Shown: positions 18,001 through 29,645 of the stretch, piece by piece
How the letters are laid out: each line of letters opens with the position of its first letter
How positions within the stretch are numbered: the stretch's first letter is position 1
DNA from: Verrucomicrobiota bacterium
GTDB taxonomy: Bacteria; Verrucomicrobiota; Lentisphaeria; UBA2565; JAYEIY01
Assembly (NCBI GenBank): GCA_034660375.1
Contig: JAYEIY010000132.1
Location: forward strand, 1 to 34,913
Direction: 5' to 3'
DNA length: 34,913 bases
The notes under the pieces: model-generated
Told to the model about the DNA's origin: nothing
Seen by the model: only the letters and a program-made list of their open reading frames with translations
Database searches by the model: none
Made by a program: the position numbers and the translations under genes

Positions 18001-18794
18001 ATTTACGAACAGACGAAACTATCGAAAAGCTCAAAAAGGGCGATAAAAGTGAAATGGGTATTGTGAAGTCTGTAAAGGTCTATGTTGCTAGCAAAAAGAA
18101 AATTTCTGTTGGAGATAAAATGGCTGGAAGGCATGGGAATAAAGGAATTATTGCACGCATTGTTCCCGAGGAAGATATGCCCTTTATGGAAGATGGAACT
18201 CCAATGGATATCCTTCTTAATCCGCTTGGTGTCCCAAGTAGAATGAATGTAGGTCAAATCCTTGAAACCCATTTGGGATGGGCCGCAAGCGTGCTTGGAA
18301 TAAAAATTGCAACACCGGTTTTTGACGGTATTTCGGAAAAAGAAATAAATGAATTATTGAAAAAAGCTAATTTACCAGAAGATGGGAAAATATACCTGTA
18401 CGATGGTATTACTGGAGAACGTTTTGCCCAAAAAATTACCGTTGGTCAAATATATATGATGAAATTAGACCATTTAGTGGTAAATAAAATCCATTCAAGA
18501 GCAGTCGGACCATACTCTCTCGTTACTCAGCAACCTTTGGGAGGAAAAGCACAAAATGGAGGTCAGCGCTTTGGAGAAATGGAGGTGTGGGCCCTTGAAG
18601 CCTATGGTGCAGCTTATACTTTACAGGAAATTCTAACCGTAAAAAGTGATGATGTTACTGGTAGAACTAACATTTATGAGAGTATTGTGCGAGGAGATAA
18701 TACTTTGGGTGCAGGTATTCCTGAGTCGTTTAATGTTCTAATGAAAGAGATGCAGAGCCTGTGTCTCGACATAAGACTGAGAAAGAAAATATGA
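15024..18794 (+). CDS. rpoB: DNA-directed RNA polymerase subunit beta
   Basis: SQLHRSPG, QLSQFMDQ, IETPEGPNIGL, GDKMAGRHGNKG, GQRFGEMEVWALEAYGA. ATG at 15024 after GAGGA. Confidence 0.99.
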   Translation: MTKRTNFGKLRELLTAPDLIDIQRLSFDSFLQKDVPPSKRKKHGLQEVLEEIFPIHSFDKKFKIDFVKYFLGKSRTSGKSEDPDEVIKCIKDGVTYSLPLYITFRLEQQGSSPVEEDVFMGDLPMMTEKGAFIINGAERVIVSQLHRSPGICFEQSKHTNGRILYSYRIIPDRGSWINIKFDIRDDIFIYMDRYRRRRKFLISTFLRAIGFSSNRDLLDAFYGISSISIAKLKKEENLLEKYVVEDVTTDDGEVLIKELTPLDSELLQLLVDFNIKKIDIVDVSELGSYFMQSIEKDVTRTAEDAIKEIYKKMRPGDPPNLNNAKQLLKRLFFDKNRYDLGYVGRYKINKKLGLDTDLQERGLQNSDIIGATIMLSKLRHTHGKVDDIDHLGNRRVRTVGELVQNHCRVGLVRTERLVRERMTLLDLDEKTKPSKLINPKAFSGVIRDFFGRNQLSQFMDQTNPLAEMTNKRRLSALGPGGLSRERAGFEVRDVHPSHYGRVCPIETPEGPNIGLISSLAIYGKTNKYGFIETPYRKVENGKVTDKVEYLSADIEEKFVIAQANAVLDKENKFVEDYILARFEGESMESPAKDVGYMDVSPKQLVSAAAGIIPFLEHDDANRALMGSNMQRQAVPLLNTDSPYVGTGLEAKVAEDSKTGIMSDISGKVAYVDAANIIISEDGEIPDNIEKSKTAKHFKLSKFLRTNSSTTINQRPIVKLADNVKAGEIIADGAATDQGELALGRNVLVGFMSWRGYNFEDAIVLSERLAKNDTYTSVHISEYDITARDTKLGPEEITRDIPNVSEDALRNLGPEGIVRVGAEVKPGDILAGKITPKSETELAPEERLLRAIFGEKAADVKDSSLYLSGGTGGIVMEVRVERKYDPNISTLSEQELKQKIKDVKEDHQSEYKDIVAELADKLANVMFASKLNVDVVDKTQEDKTPIIPAGRKVTKALLKKLAGKHDKYKMPPCAAKKQIDAVMKPFKIRFRELDLRTDETIEKLKKGDKSEMGIVKSVKVYVASKKKISVGDKMAGRHGNKGIIARIVPEEDMPFMEDGTPMDILLNPLGVPSRMNVGQILETHLGWAASVLGIKIATPVFDGISEKEINELLKKANLPEDGKIYLYDGITGERFAQKITVGQIYMMKLDHLVVNKIHSRAVGPYSLVTQQPLGGKAQNGGQRFGEMEVWALEAYGAAYTLQEILTVKSDDVTGRTNIYESIVRGDNTLGAGIPESFNVLMKEMQSLCLDIRLRKKI

Positions 18795-18861
18795 CAAAGA
18801 AGTTATTTTGTTTTCGCATATTTAATTTGTAAAATATTAGCTTAAAAAAGCTTTAATTATT

Positions 18862-21800
18862 GTGGAGGAACTCAAATTGAGAACCAATAGTAGCCTAGAT
18901 CAAGTTCTTGGATTAAATCAGGATGAATCAAATCAAGTTTCCATAGGGATTGCATCTCCAGAAGTCATAGCTTCCTGGAGTAGAGGAGAGGTAAAAAACC
19001 CGGAAACGATAAACTATCGTTCATTTAAACCTGAAAAGGGTGGACTCTTTTGCGAACGCATATTTGGTCCAACAAAAGATTGGGAATGTAATTGCGGTAA
19101 ATACAAACGTGTAAAACATAAGAATATTGTTTGTGATAGATGTGGAGTAGAAGTTACACATTCAAGAGTTCGACGGGAGAGAATGGGACACATTGAACTC
19201 GCAGTCCCTGTAACACATATATGGTTCTATAAATGCCTTCCTAGTCGTATTGGCTTGTTACTGGATATGACTGTAACAAAACTTGAGAGGGTGATTTACT
19301 ACGAAGATTGGATCATTACCGATCCTGGAGATACCCCACTGGAATATAAACAGATTCTTATTGATTCAGAATTCAGAGAGGCTAGAGAACTCTACGGAGA
19401 TAATTTTAAAGCCGGAATGGGAGCTGAGGCTATTAAAGAATTATTGAAGAATGTAAAAATAGATGAACTTCAGGAAGAGTTGAGAGAAGAAATGCGCTCT
19501 ACTAGAAGCAAAGCCAAAAGAAGTAAGATTGCAAAGAGATTGCGTATTACCGAAGGCTTCTCTATAGATAGTGATAACTTTGAAACACATCCTGAATGGA
19601 TGGTATTGGATGTAATTCCGGTTATCCCCCCAGATTTAAGACCGTTAGTCCCACTTGAAGGAGGACGTTTTGCCTCATCTGATCTCAATGATCTATATAG
19701 AAGAGTTATTAACAGAAATAACAGATTGAAAAATCTTCTTCGCCTTAAGACACCCGAAGTTATCATCAGAAATGAGAAACGAATGCTTCAGGAATCTGTA
19801 GATGCCTTATTGGATAATGGGCGTCATGGAAGACCAGTTACAGGTACAGGAAGAAGACCTCTTAAATCTCTGAGTGATATGTTGAAGGGGAAACAGGGGC
19901 GTTTTCGCCAAAACCTACTAGGGAAACGCGTTGATTATTCAGGTAGATCTGTTATTGTTGTGGGGCCAGAATTGAAACTTCACCAATGTGGGCTTCCCAA
20001 AGAAATGGCTATGGTTCTCTTTGAACCATTCATTATTGCAAAATTAAAGGTGCATGGTTTTGCTCATACAGTTAGAAGTGCAAAGAAAATAATTGAAAGA
20101 CGTACTCCAGAAGTTTGGGATATTCTTGAAGAGGTTACAAAGGGACATCCCGTATTACTTAATCGTGCTCCGACTTTGCATAGATTGAGTATTCAGGCTT
20201 TTGATCCTATTCTCATAGAAGGCAAGGCTATAAGATTGCATCCCCTTGTTTGTGCAGCATACAATGCCGATTTTGATGGCGATCAGATGGCCGTACACGT
20301 CCAGCTTTCCAATGAAGCTCAAATGGAAGCAAAAATGCTTATGATGGCTCCTTTGAATATATTTTCTCCCGCAAATGGAAAACCAATGACAGTTCCTTCT
20401 CAGGATATTACGCTGGGAATTTATTATCTTACATATCACGCAAGAAAAGCTTCAAAAGCACTTAAAAAATATTCCCATTTATTTGAAGCTCTTTTAGCCT
20501 ATGACAAGGGAATCCTACATATTCATGATTTGATCTCTGTAAAAAATCCGTGTTATGGAAAGGATACATTATGGGGAGATAAGGAACGCAAGTTTATAGA
20601 TACAACTATAGGTCGCTGTTTGTTTAATGAAGTATGGGAAGAAGAGCTCGGTTTCTTCAACGATATAATAGATAAAAAAACAATGAGCAACCTTTTAGAA
20701 CAGGCTTATTCTGTTGTTGGAAGGGAAAAATTAGTTGTATATCTTGATAAATTGAAAGAAGTTGGATATAAATATGCTACCGAATCAGGTTTCTCAATAG
20801 GAATGACAGATATGATTATTCCTGAAAAGAAAAATGTTATCATTGAAGAAGCATCAAAAAAAATAGATGAAGTCAGAAAACAGCGGCAGGATGGTATTAT
20901 TACTGATATGGAACGTTACAATAAGTGTATTGATACATGGACTCAGGCAAACAACGATGTTGCATCTGAGCTCCATCAGACACTGCAGAACAATGATAAC
21001 AGAGAGGAAATAAATCCTATTTATGCAATGCTTGACTCCGGTGCACGTGGAAGCCGTGATCAGATTCGACAGCTTGCCGGTATGCGTGGTCTTATGGCTA
21101 GACCTTCCGGAGAAATTATAGAGCGTCCAATTAAATCAAATTTCAGAGAAGGATTAACTGTTCTGGAATATTTCATAAGTACGCATGGAGCAAGAAAAGG
21201 TCTTGCAGATACAGCTCTAAAAACAGCCGATTCAGGTTATATGACCAGGAAGCTTGTGGATGTAGCACAGGATGTTGTTTGTTCCGAGTTTGACTGCCAT
21301 TCTGTCAAAGGAATAACAGTCAGTGCAATAAAAGAGGGGGATCAGGAAAAATTGCCATTGCGTGATCGTATCATAGGGCGGTTTGCCGCTGAAGATATAG
21401 AAAATCCATTGCAAAAAGGATCCTTTCTTGTGCGAAATGGTGAAGAAATTACTGAAAAAATTGCTGCTACAATAGAAGAATTTGAAATAGAGACAGTTTC
21501 AATGAGATCCGTCTTGACTTGTGAAGCCATAACAGGAGTATGCACAAAATGTTATGGACGAAATCTTGCTACAGGAGATCTGGCAAAAAAAGGTTCTGCT
21601 CTGGGAATAATTGCAGCACAGTCTATTGGAGAACCTGGAACTCAGCTCACAATGAGAACATTCCATGTAGGTGGTACAGCAACAGCTTCCTATAAAAAAC
21701 CAATATTAAAAGCACGGCGAGGGGGGAAAATAAAGCTTCTTGATGCCAGAACCGTGCGTCAGGAAGATGGAAAGTACGTTGTCCTTAATAAGCATGCTTT

Positions 21801-23040
21801 TATCCTTCTTGAAAATGATAAAGGCGTTGAACTAGAAAAGCATTCTTTGAATCCTGGAACTATTCTTCAAAAAGAAGAAGGCGAGGCTGTAAAAAAGAAT
21901 GAAGTATATGCAAAATGGGATCCCTATAATGTTCCTATCATTACAGAATATGAAGGAATAGTCGAGTATAAAAATATGGTAGAAGGGGTGACTTTGAGAA
22001 CGGAAGAAGAAGATGGTACCCTTGAATTAACTATCATGGATCACCAGGAAGTACAACATCCACAGATAATTGTGGTTAATGAAAAAGGTGATGTGAAAGA
22101 TCATCATAGTCTTCCCGCAAAAACAACTGTGCTGGTTGCTCCAGGAGATAAAGTAAAAGCTGGAATTATCTTGGCAAAAACTCCCCGGGAAGTCGCAAAA
22201 ACAAAAGATATTACTGGCGGTTTGCCCAGAGTAACAGAACTTCTCGAAGCACGAACACCAAAAGAAGCTGCAGAAATTGCAAAGATTGATGGTGTTGTCG
22301 AACTCGGTAAAATGTCAGAAAAAAGCAATAAAAGAACTCTCCTAGTTAGAGATATTGAAAACGGACAGGAAGAGAAACATCTCATTCCGTCAAGCAAGCG
22401 AATTGTTGTTTTTAACGGTGATTTTGTTAAAAAAGGTCAATCCCTCACTGATGGAGCAGTTGTGCCAAAAGAAATTCTGGATGTTTGCGGAGCCCACGAA
22501 CTTCAGGAATACCTCGTTAACGAAGTACAGGAAGTATATCGTTTACAGGGAGTTGAAATCAATGATAAGCATATTGAAATTATTGTTCGTCAAATGCTTA
22601 GAAAAGTGAAGGTAACAGATGCTGGAGATACCGAATTTGTTTACGGAGAGCAAGTCCATCGTGATACATTCTCAAAAGCTAATGCAAAGACTCTGGCAGA
22701 AGGAGGGCAACCCGCAGAAGCTGAACCTCTTTTATTAGGAATAACTAAATCTGCTCTTGGAACTGATAGTTTTATCTCTGCAGCATCTTTCCAGGATACA
22801 ACTAGAATCCTGGCCGATGCAGCAACGATGGGACAGGTTGATAACCTCAGAGGGTTTAAAGAAAATGTTATTCTTGGACAACTTATACCTGCCGGAACAG
22901 GGCATGATGAGGTAAGAAATCTGCAGTATGAAAAGGCTCAGCCAGAGGAAGATATTACAGAAACTCTTGATGCTAAATTTACTGAGGAACATGAGAAAGC
23001 AAAAACCTTTGATGAAGCAAAAGCTCTACTTGATCTTTAA
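18862..23040 (+). CDS. rpoC: DNA-directed RNA polymerase subunit beta'
   Basis: Zn finger CNCGKYK...[13 protein letters not shown] catalytic motif, [16 protein letters not shown] start uncertain. Confidence 0.99.
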   Translation: MEELKLRTNSSLDQVLGLNQDESNQVSIGIASPEVIASWSRGEVKNPETINYRSFKPEKGGLFCERIFGPTKDWECNCGKYKRVKHKNIVCDRCGVEVTHSRVRRERMGHIELAVPVTHIWFYKCLPSRIGLLLDMTVTKLERVIYYEDWIITDPGDTPLEYKQILIDSEFREARELYGDNFKAGMGAEAIKELLKNVKIDELQEELREEMRSTRSKAKRSKIAKRLRITEGFSIDSDNFETHPEWMVLDVIPVIPPDLRPLVPLEGGRFASSDLNDLYRRVINRNNRLKNLLRLKTPEVIIRNEKRMLQESVDALLDNGRHGRPVTGTGRRPLKSLSDMLKGKQGRFRQNLLGKRVDYSGRSVIVVGPELKLHQCGLPKEMAMVLFEPFIIAKLKVHGFAHTVRSAKKIIERRTPEVWDILEEVTKGHPVLLNRAPTLHRLSIQAFDPILIEGKAIRLHPLVCAAYNADFDGDQMAVHVQLSNEAQMEAKMLMMAPLNIFSPANGKPMTVPSQDITLGIYYLTYHARKASKALKKYSHLFEALLAYDKGILHIHDLISVKNPCYGKDTLWGDKERKFIDTTIGRCLFNEVWEEELGFFNDIIDKKTMSNLLEQAYSVVGREKLVVYLDKLKEVGYKYATESGFSIGMTDMIIPEKKNVIIEEASKKIDEVRKQRQDGIITDMERYNKCIDTWTQANNDVASELHQTLQNNDNREEINPIYAMLDSGARGSRDQIRQLAGMRGLMARPSGEIIERPIKSNFREGLTVLEYFISTHGARKGLADTALKTADSGYMTRKLVDVAQDVVCSEFDCHSVKGITVSAIKEGDQEKLPLRDRIIGRFAAEDIENPLQKGSFLVRNGEEITEKIAATIEEFEIETVSMRSVLTCEAITGVCTKCYGRNLATGDLAKKGSALGIIAAQSIGEPGTQLTMRTFHVGGTATASYKKPILKARRGGKIKLLDARTVRQEDGKYVVLNKHAFILLENDKGVELEKHSLNPGTILQKEEGEAVKKNEVYAKWDPYNVPIITEYEGIVEYKNMVEGVTLRTEEEDGTLELTIMDHQEVQHPQIIVVNEKGDVKDHHSLPAKTTVLVAPGDKVKAGIILAKTPREVAKTKDITGGLPRVTELLEARTPKEAAEIAKIDGVVELGKMSEKSNKRTLLVRDIENGQEEKHLIPSSKRIVVFNGDFVKKGQSLTDGAVVPKEILDVCGAHELQEYLVNEVQEVYRLQGVEINDKHIEIIVRQMLRKVKVTDAGDTEFVYGEQVHRDTFSKANAKTLAEGGQPAEAEPLLLGITKSALGTDSFISAASFQDTTRILADAATMGQVDNLRGFKENVILGQLIPAGTGHDEVRNLQYEKAQPEEDITETLDAKFTEEHEKAKTFDEAKALLDL

Positions 23041-23067
23041 ACAACTTTTTAATTTTAAAATTATTGT

Positions 23068-23095
23068 TTGACAAATATAAATATAGAACTATTTT
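23068..23095 (+). promoter_or_regulatory. Putative sigma70 promoter of the str operon
   Basis: Consensus TTGACA-N16-TATTTT followed by GCAAACCCCGC, about 110 bp before rpsL. Confidence 0.45.
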
Positions 23096-23207
23096 GCAAA
23101 CCCCGCAGAAATATCTGTAGCTTTTTGAATTAATGTTTTTTTTTCTGAAAAGAAGAAAATAAAAAAGCTCTAGGGATTTAAAATACATAATGATAGAAGA
23201 GGAAAAA

Positions 23208-23576
23208 ATGCCTACAATTAATCAATTAGTCCGAAATGGACGGAAAAAAACAAAAAAGAAAGCAAAAGCAAAAGCGTTGAATAATTCCCCACAAAGAAGA
23301 GGAGTTTGTCTTCAAGTTACTACCAGAACACCTAAAAAACCTAATTCTGCTTTAAGAAAAGTGGCTAGAGTAAGGCTTACAAATGGTAAAGAAATTACAG
23401 CCTATATAGGTGGTGAAGGGCACAACTTGCAGGAGCATAGTGTTGTTCTTGTAAAAGGAGGAAGAGTTCGAGATCTCCCTGGCGTAAGGTATCATATTGT
23501 CCGAGGTGCTCTGGATACTCTCGGTGTGCAAGATAGAAAAATTGGAAGATCTAAATACGGGACAAAGAAAAGTTAA
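23208..23576 (+). CDS. rpsL: 30S ribosomal protein S12
   Basis: MPTINQLVR start after [34 protein letters not shown]. Confidence 0.99.
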   Translation: MPTINQLVRNGRKKTKKKAKAKALNNSPQRRGVCLQVTTRTPKKPNSALRKVARVRLTNGKEITAYIGGEGHNLQEHSVVLVKGGRVRDLPGVRYHIVRGALDTLGVQDRKIGRSKYGTKKS

Positions 23577-23612
23577 TTATTAACGCCTATAACACAAGGA
23601 GAACATGCAATA

Positions 23613-24083
23613 ATGAGAAAAAAACAAGCAGAAAAAAGGCAGCTTACTCCTGATATTAAGTATAATAGTGAGCTGATTGCACGGCTGATTAATACCGTAA
23701 TGAAGCGTGGGAAAAAAACTATTGCTCAAAAAATAGTTTATGGAGCAATGGATATAATACAAAAACGATTGAAAGATATGGATCCGCTTGAAGTTTTTTT
23801 GCAGGCCCTTGAAAATGCGAAACCAAGACTTGAAGTGAAAAGTAGACGTGTAGGGGGAGCTACATATCAAGTTCCTATTGAGGTGCCTCCTAGTAGACAA
23901 GTTGCTATCGCAATGAGATGGATTGTCGGATATTCCAAAGCAAAAAAGGGGCGGGCAATGAAAGAAGCTCTAGCAGGCGAACTGATAGATGCATATAATG
24001 CAACTGGTGCAACAGTTAAAAAACGTGATGATGTACATAAAATGGCTGCTGCCAATAAGGCATTTGCACATTTTAGATGGTAG
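23613..24083 (+). CDS. rpsG: 30S ribosomal protein S7
   Basis: [30 protein letters not shown]. Confidence 0.99.
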   Translation: MRKKQAEKRQLTPDIKYNSELIARLINTVMKRGKKTIAQKIVYGAMDIIQKRLKDMDPLEVFLQALENAKPRLEVKSRRVGGATYQVPIEVPPSRQVAIAMRWIVGYSKAKKGRAMKEALAGELIDAYNATGATVKKRDDVHKMAAANKAFAHFRW

Positions 24084-24155
24084 TTTTTTAAAATAATTCT
24101 TGAATCTGAATAAAAAGGTACAACTAAAAAATCTTTAGTTAATAAGTAAATAAAT

Positions 24156-26279
24156 ATGAGTAAAATGACAGAGAAACATAAATACACAGAAGCCGACGGT
24201 AGGACTGTACCTTTGGATCATGTAAGAAATATTGGAGTAATGGCACACATAGATGCAGGGAAAACAACTCTGACAGAGCGTTTTCTGTTCTATACCGGCG
24301 TAAACTATAAAGTAGGAGAGGTTCATGAAGGAACTGCAACTATGGACTGGATGGAACAGGAACAGGAACGTGGAATAACAATAACGAGTGCTGCAACTAC
24401 TTGTTTGTGGAAAAATCATAGAATCAATATCATTGATACCCCCGGACACGTTGATTTTACCGCAGAGGTTGAACGCTCATTACGTGTCCTTGATGGAGCT
24501 GTTGGAGTTTTTTGTGCAGTAAGTGGAGTTCAATCTCAATCAGAAACAGTTTGGAGACAGGCAAAAAAATATTCTGTTCCGGTTGTTGCGTTTGTGAATA
24601 AAATGGATCGTGTAGGAGCGAATTTTTTAAAAACTGTCCAGGATATTAGAGATAAACTTAGCGTAACTGTAGTACCTATTCAGTTGCCAATAGGTGCCGA
24701 AGAACATTTTAAAGGTGTTATTGACTTAATTTCTCAAAAAGCTTTAATTTGGAACAATGAGGAAATGACTTCCGAAGTTGAAGTAACCGATATTCCTTCT
24801 GAATTTGTTGATAGTGCCAATCAAGCGAGAGATTATATAGTAGAATGTCTCGCCGAAACAGATGAAGAAATTATGGAGCTTTTTCTAGAAGATCAACCCA
24901 TTACTGACGAGAATTTGAGAATAGCTATCAGAAAGGGCGTAATCGCAAATGAAATTGTCCCCGCAGCTTGTGGAACAGCTTTTAAAAATAAGGGTGTTCA
25001 ACCAATTCTAGACATAATTAATGATTATTTGCCTTCTCCTCTTGATGTTTGGGAAATTCAAGGCTCTGATCCTAAAACGGACGAACCCATAAAAAGACAT
25101 GTTGGCGATGAACAACCATTTGCTGGACTAGTCTTTAAGATAATGACAGACCCATACGTGGGAAAACTTGCCTTCTTTAGAATTTACTCGGGAACTGCAA
25201 ATCAGGGAATGTCTGTCCTGAATACACGTACAAATGAAAAATCAAGATTTGGAAGACTCCTGCAAATGCATGCAAACTCTCGTGAAGAGAGAGACGAAAT
25301 CTTCAGCGGAGATATAGCTGCTGCCGTTGGATTGAAAAATGTTACTACCGGTGATACCATAACCGACCCTAAGAATCCTATTGTCCTTGAAAATATCACT
25401 TTCCCTGAACCCGTTGTTAGTATAGCGGTTGAACCGAAAACGCAGCAGGATAGAGATAAATTGTTTGAAGCAATTTCATCTCTGGCAGAAGAAGATCCCA
25501 CCTTTCAGGTTAAAACTGATTCAGATACAGGACAAACTATTATTTCAGGAATGGGAGAACTCCATCTGGAAATAATTAAAGATAGATTGCATCGTGAATT
25601 TAAAGTGCAGGCAAATACGGGTGAACCTCAAGTAGCCTTTAGAGAAACAATAAAAAGAGCTTCTGATGCTGATACAAAATTTGTAAAACAATCTGGGGGA
25701 CGTGGACAATATGGACATGTTGTTTTGGATATGACACCATGTAAAGAAGGTCATGGATTAACTATTGAAAATAAAGTTACCGGAGGAAATATTCCAAAAG
25801 AATATATCAAACACGTTGAAGCAGGAATAAAAGACGCTGCAACAACGGGATCTCTCGGAGGTTATCCAGTGGTCGATCTGCATATAAATATTCTCGATGG
25901 TTCATATCATGCTGTCGATTCTTCAGAATTAGCATTCAAAATGGCTGGTTCAATGGCTTTTAAAGATGCAACCAAAAAAGCAGGAATGAAATTTCTGGAA
26001 CCAATCATGGCTTTGGAAATAGTAACTCCGGAAGAATACATGGGAGATGTAATAGGAGATGTCTCTTCAAGAAGAGGGCAGATTCTTGAAATGGAAACTC
26101 AAGATAATGTAACGACAGTAAAAACAAATACACCTCTCTCAGAGATGTTTGGCTATACTACGGCTTTGCGTTCTATTACGAAAGGACGTGCAACCTCCTC
26201 AATGGAACCCTCTCATTTTGGGGGAATGCCTAAATCTATAGAAAAAGAAATATTGGAAAATAAAAACAAGGATAAATAA
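24156..26279 (+). CDS. fusA: Elongation factor G
   Basis: [48 protein letters not shown]. Start may be 24165. Confidence 0.99.
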   Translation: MSKMTEKHKYTEADGRTVPLDHVRNIGVMAHIDAGKTTLTERFLFYTGVNYKVGEVHEGTATMDWMEQEQERGITITSAATTCLWKNHRINIIDTPGHVDFTAEVERSLRVLDGAVGVFCAVSGVQSQSETVWRQAKKYSVPVVAFVNKMDRVGANFLKTVQDIRDKLSVTVVPIQLPIGAEEHFKGVIDLISQKALIWNNEEMTSEVEVTDIPSEFVDSANQARDYIVECLAETDEEIMELFLEDQPITDENLRIAIRKGVIANEIVPAACGTAFKNKGVQPILDIINDYLPSPLDVWEIQGSDPKTDEPIKRHVGDEQPFAGLVFKIMTDPYVGKLAFFRIYSGTANQGMSVLNTRTNEKSRFGRLLQMHANSREERDEIFSGDIAAAVGLKNVTTGDTITDPKNPIVLENITFPEPVVSIAVEPKTQQDRDKLFEAISSLAEEDPTFQVKTDSDTGQTIISGMGELHLEIIKDRLHREFKVQANTGEPQVAFRETIKRASDADTKFVKQSGGRGQYGHVVLDMTPCKEGHGLTIENKVTGGNIPKEYIKHVEAGIKDAATTGSLGGYPVVDLHINILDGSYHAVDSSELAFKMAGSMAFKDATKKAGMKFLEPIMALEIVTPEEYMGDVIGDVSSRRGQILEMETQDNVTTVKTNTPLSEMFGYTTALRSITKGRATSSMEPSHFGGMPKSIEKEILENKNKDK

Positions 26280-26280
26280 G

Positions 26281-26589
26281 ATGGATAATCAAAAGATTAG
26301 AATCCGACTGCGTGCATACGATCATCGTGTGTTAGATCAATCTACTAAGAATATTATTGAGGCAGTTAAACAGACAGGAGCTCAAATAGCCGGACCAATC
26401 CCGTTGCCGGTAAGAATAGAGAAATTTTCCGTAAATAAATCTCCATTTGTGAATAAAAAATCTGCCGATCAGTATGAAATAAGAACACATAAACGCATGA
26501 TGGATATAATTAGTCCAACAAGTAAAACTATTGATGCTCTCAAAAAACTTACCCTGCCTGCAGGGGTTGATATTAACATAAAATTATAG
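26281..26589 (+). CDS. rpsJ: 30S ribosomal protein S10
   Basis: [31 protein letters not shown]. Confidence 0.99.
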   Translation: MDNQKIRIRLRAYDHRVLDQSTKNIIEAVKQTGAQIAGPIPLPVRIEKFSVNKSPFVNKKSADQYEIRTHKRMMDIISPTSKTIDALKKLTLPAGVDINIKL

Positions 26590-26630
26590 AAGTTTAGATA
26601 GTATTATTAAAAAAATCAGGAATTTATATT

Positions 26631-27263
26631 ATGATTGGTATATTAGGAAAAAAATTGGGAATGACGCAAGTCTATGATGAAAATAATAGACTTGTTCCTG
26701 TTACTGTGGTGCAAGCTGGACCATGTACTGTTACAGATGTTTTAACCGAAAAGAAGAATGGTTATTCTGCTGTGCAGTTGGGCTACGGGAAAAGGAATGT
26801 TAAAAATGTAAAAAAGCCAGTATTGGGGCACCTTAAAAAAAGTGCAATACATACTGCTCCCCCTGCAAGAATTGCAGAAATAAGATGCGATAAAGATGAG
26901 GACGTTAAACTTGGTACTAAAGTGGACGCAGGAATCTTTACTCCTGGAGACTTTGTTGATGTAATTGGGACATCAAAAGGAAAAGGATTTCAGGGAGTTG
27001 TGAAAAGATATAATTTTGCTGGTGGTAGAGCAAGTCATGGTGGTGACTGGCTCAGAAAACCAGGAGCAATTGGTATGTGTGAATTCCCAGCAAAAGTCTA
27101 TAAAGGTAGAAAAATGCCGGGACAGATGGGAAATAAAAGATGTACTGTGCAGAGTTTGCAAGTAGTAGATGTTCGCGTCGATGAGAATCTGCTTCTTATA
27201 AAAGGAGCCGTTCCAGGAGCTAGGAACTCCTATTTGATTGTACATAAAGCTAAAAAAAAATAG
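26631..27263 (+). CDS. rplC: 50S ribosomal protein L3
   Basis: GKKLGMTQ, SKGKGFQGVVKR, KMPGQMG, KGAVPG. Confidence 0.99.
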   Translation: MIGILGKKLGMTQVYDENNRLVPVTVVQAGPCTVTDVLTEKKNGYSAVQLGYGKRNVKNVKKPVLGHLKKSAIHTAPPARIAEIRCDKDEDVKLGTKVDAGIFTPGDFVDVIGTSKGKGFQGVVKRYNFAGGRASHGGDWLRKPGAIGMCEFPAKVYKGRKMPGQMGNKRCTVQSLQVVDVRVDENLLLIKGAVPGARNSYLIVHKAKKK

Positions 27264-27269
27264 GGAATC

Positions 27270-27950
27270 ATGATTATGAAAATAAAAAAATATAATGTAG
27301 ATGGAGATCCTGCTGGAGATCTGGAAATTAGTGCGACTCTACTGGAAGATTCAAAAGGAGAACAGGCCGTTCACGATTGTGTCGTAGCTTACTTAGCTGC
27401 AAAACGTTCTGGAAATGCCAGCACAAAAACTAAAGGTTTTGTAAGAGGTGGTGGAGCAAAACCATGGAGACAGAAAGGAACCGGAAGAGCACGTGCCGGA
27501 AGTATCAGAAGCCCTCTCTGGCGTGGTGGAGGAGTTATCTTTGGTCCGCATCCGAGAAGTTTTGCAAAAAAAGTAAATAAAAAAGTCCGTGCACTTGCCC
27601 TCAGGAGAGTGTTTACAGAAAGATTAAATGAAGATGGTGTTGTAGTTGTGGCTGATATCGAAATTAATGAGCCAAAAACAAAAGCCTGTATTGATTTTTT
27701 GAAGAAAATAGGTGCTGGTAATGATGCCCTTATCCTAACAGAAAAAATGGATGACAATTTCCTTCTTTCTTCAAGAAATATCCCCAAAGTTGAATCTATG
27801 AATGCAGCATCTGTTGATGTTTACAATATCCTGCTTCATAAAAAAATAGTGATTACTGAAGCCGCACTTGACGTTCTCGAAAAGCGTATAAGTAAGAAAA
27901 TAAAAACAGCTCCGGTGGCTGTAGAAGATACAGGAGATGAAAATGCATAA
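27270..27950 (+). CDS. rplD: 50S ribosomal protein L4
   Basis: KPWRQKGTGRARAGSIRSPLWRGGG, FGPHPR. Start may be 27276. Confidence 0.99.
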   Translation: MIMKIKKYNVDGDPAGDLEISATLLEDSKGEQAVHDCVVAYLAAKRSGNASTKTKGFVRGGGAKPWRQKGTGRARAGSIRSPLWRGGGVIFGPHPRSFAKKVNKKVRALALRRVFTERLNEDGVVVVADIEINEPKTKACIDFLKKIGAGNDALILTEKMDDNFLLSSRNIPKVESMNAASVDVYNILLHKKIVITEAALDVLEKRISKKIKTAPVAVEDTGDENA

Positions 27951-28230
27951 AAATTTATATAATACAATAAAGACTGTTATGGTCTCTGAAAAAGCAACTG
28001 ACCTTATGGATGCTCATAATCAGTATTCCTTTAAAGTAGCTAAAGATTCTAATAAAAAGGAAATAAAAAGAGCCGTAGAAAAACTCTTCTCTGTTGGTGT
28101 GCAGTCTGTAAGAACAATGAATTGCAGAGGAAAACTCAAGAGAATGCGTGGCCAATTTCCTGGAAGAACCGCTTCTTGGAAAAAAGCTATTGTAACTCTT
28201 AACGCCAACGACAGTATAGAACTTTATTAA
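27943..28230 (+). CDS. rplW: 50S ribosomal protein L23
   Basis: SEKA, YSFKV, EIKRAVEKLF, WKKAIVTL. ATG at 27943 is 6 nt after AGGAG and overlaps the rplD stop. Confidence 0.98.
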   Translation: MHKNLYNTIKTVMVSEKATDLMDAHNQYSFKVAKDSNKKEIKRAVEKLFSVGVQSVRTMNCRGKLKRMRGQFPGRTASWKKAIVTLNANDSIELY

Positions 28231-28263
28231 ATCAAGCCTAAAACTATTAATTGAGGTAATGAT

Positions 28264-29112
28264 ATGCCGATGAAAAAATATAAACCGACGTCTCCTGGAG
28301 TTAGAGGTACTGTTACTTCTGACTATTCCGATATTACTAGGTCTACGCCACAAAAAAGCCTTACCAAAGGGAAAAAAAGCACTGGTGGTAGATCTAAATC
28401 TACGGGTAGAATCTCTGTTCGCTTTAGAGGAGGAGGAGTAAAAAGAAAACTCAGAAAGATTGATTTTATGCGGAAAAAGACTGGTGTCCCTGCTAAAGTC
28501 GCTGAAATAGAATATGATCCAAATAGAACCGCACGTATAGCTTTACTTCACTACGTAGACGGCGAAAAGGCTTATATTCTCGCTCCAGTAGGTCTTGCAA
28601 AAGGTGATACTGTCCTATCTGGTCCTGATGCAGAGACAAAACCCGGTAATGCAATGCCACTTGCCGATATTCCCCCAGGAACTCAAATACATAATATTGA
28701 ACTTACCCCCGGAACTGGCGCAGCATTAGTACGTTCAGCCGGAGATTCGGCTCTCCTGCGTCTTAAAGAAGGAAAATATGCTCATGTAAGGTTGCCCAGT
28801 GGAGAAGTTCGAAGAGTTAATCAAAAATGCATGGCAACTATTGGTCAAGTCGGTAATGTTGAGCACATGAACATTAACCTTGGTAAAGCTGGACGTAAAC
28901 GCTATTTGGGAAAACGTCCCCATGTCCGTGGTGTTGTTATGAATCCTGTGGATCATCCCATGGGTGGTGGAGAAGGTAAAACAAGTGGTGGTGGACATCC
29001 CGTTTCTCCATGGAGTCAGCTTTCGAAGGGATATAAAACAAGAAAGGGTAAAAAATACTCTGATAAACTGATTGTCAGTGGTAGAAAGAATAAGAATAAA
29101 AGGAGGAAATAA
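28264..29112 (+). CDS. rplB: 50S ribosomal protein L2
   Basis: [37 protein letters not shown]. Confidence 0.99.
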   Translation: MPMKKYKPTSPGVRGTVTSDYSDITRSTPQKSLTKGKKSTGGRSKSTGRISVRFRGGGVKRKLRKIDFMRKKTGVPAKVAEIEYDPNRTARIALLHYVDGEKAYILAPVGLAKGDTVLSGPDAETKPGNAMPLADIPPGTQIHNIELTPGTGAALVRSAGDSALLRLKEGKYAHVRLPSGEVRRVNQKCMATIGQVGNVEHMNINLGKAGRKRYLGKRPHVRGVVMNPVDHPMGGGEGKTSGGGHPVSPWSQLSKGYKTRKGKKYSDKLIVSGRKNKNKRRK

Positions 29113-29114
29113 GA

Positions 29115-29393
29115 ATGCCAAGATCTATTAAAAAAGGTCCTTTTTACGACGAACATTTGATGAGAAAAGTTGAGAAAATGGATGCCAGTGGAAGAAAAAG
29201 GCCTATAAAAACATGGTCCCGACGTTCTATGATAATGCCGGAATTTATAGGACATACATTCGCCGTTCATAATGGAAGAACTTTTGAAAATGTCTTCGTT
29301 GTCGAGAATATGGTTGGTCATAGACTTGGAGAATTTTCTCAGACTCGTAGATTCAGAAGTCACGGTGCAATTAGTGGAGCAACTACACTATAA
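29115..29393 (+). CDS. rpsS: 30S ribosomal protein S19
   Basis: [32 protein letters not shown]. Confidence 0.99.
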   Translation: MPRSIKKGPFYDEHLMRKVEKMDASGRKRPIKTWSRRSMIMPEFIGHTFAVHNGRTFENVFVVENMVGHRLGEFSQTRRFRSHGAISGATTL

Positions 29394-29417
29394 ATTGATA
29401 TTTATAGAATCAATAAA

Positions 29418-29466
29418 GCCTTCATAAAATATCTCCAGACAGATATTTTTTATGAAGGTTTTTTTT
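29418..29466 (+). terminator. Intrinsic terminator after rpsS
   Basis: GCCTTCATAAAATATCT-CCAGAC-AGATATTTTTTATGAAGGT (long stem, 2-nt bulge) running into a T8 tract. Confidence 0.85.
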
Positions 29467-29645
29467 GTTTTCCCCTGAGACTCTATTCGTTTTTCATAAA
29501 AACTCGCCAAATAAATAATAATATAATGATGTGATTAAAATTAGTGTATTTGCCATTTTCGTTGGTCACTGCTGATGCCAAATCAGCCTCACCTCAAGCA
29601 AGGTGTGGGCTAAAAAGGCTTTTCGTGCAATCTTTATTTAAAAGG

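Noticed and set aside
15024-23040. Inteins, introns or a rpoB-rpoC fusion
   Set aside because: Both ORFs have ordinary lengths and separate stops and starts. No intein or intron signatures were seen.
23119-23169. Possible structured leader before rpsL (AGCTTTTT...AAAAAGCT with an inner GAAA-loop hairpin)
   Set aside because: The pairing is almost entirely A/T homopolymer, so it cannot be told from chance without comparative data.
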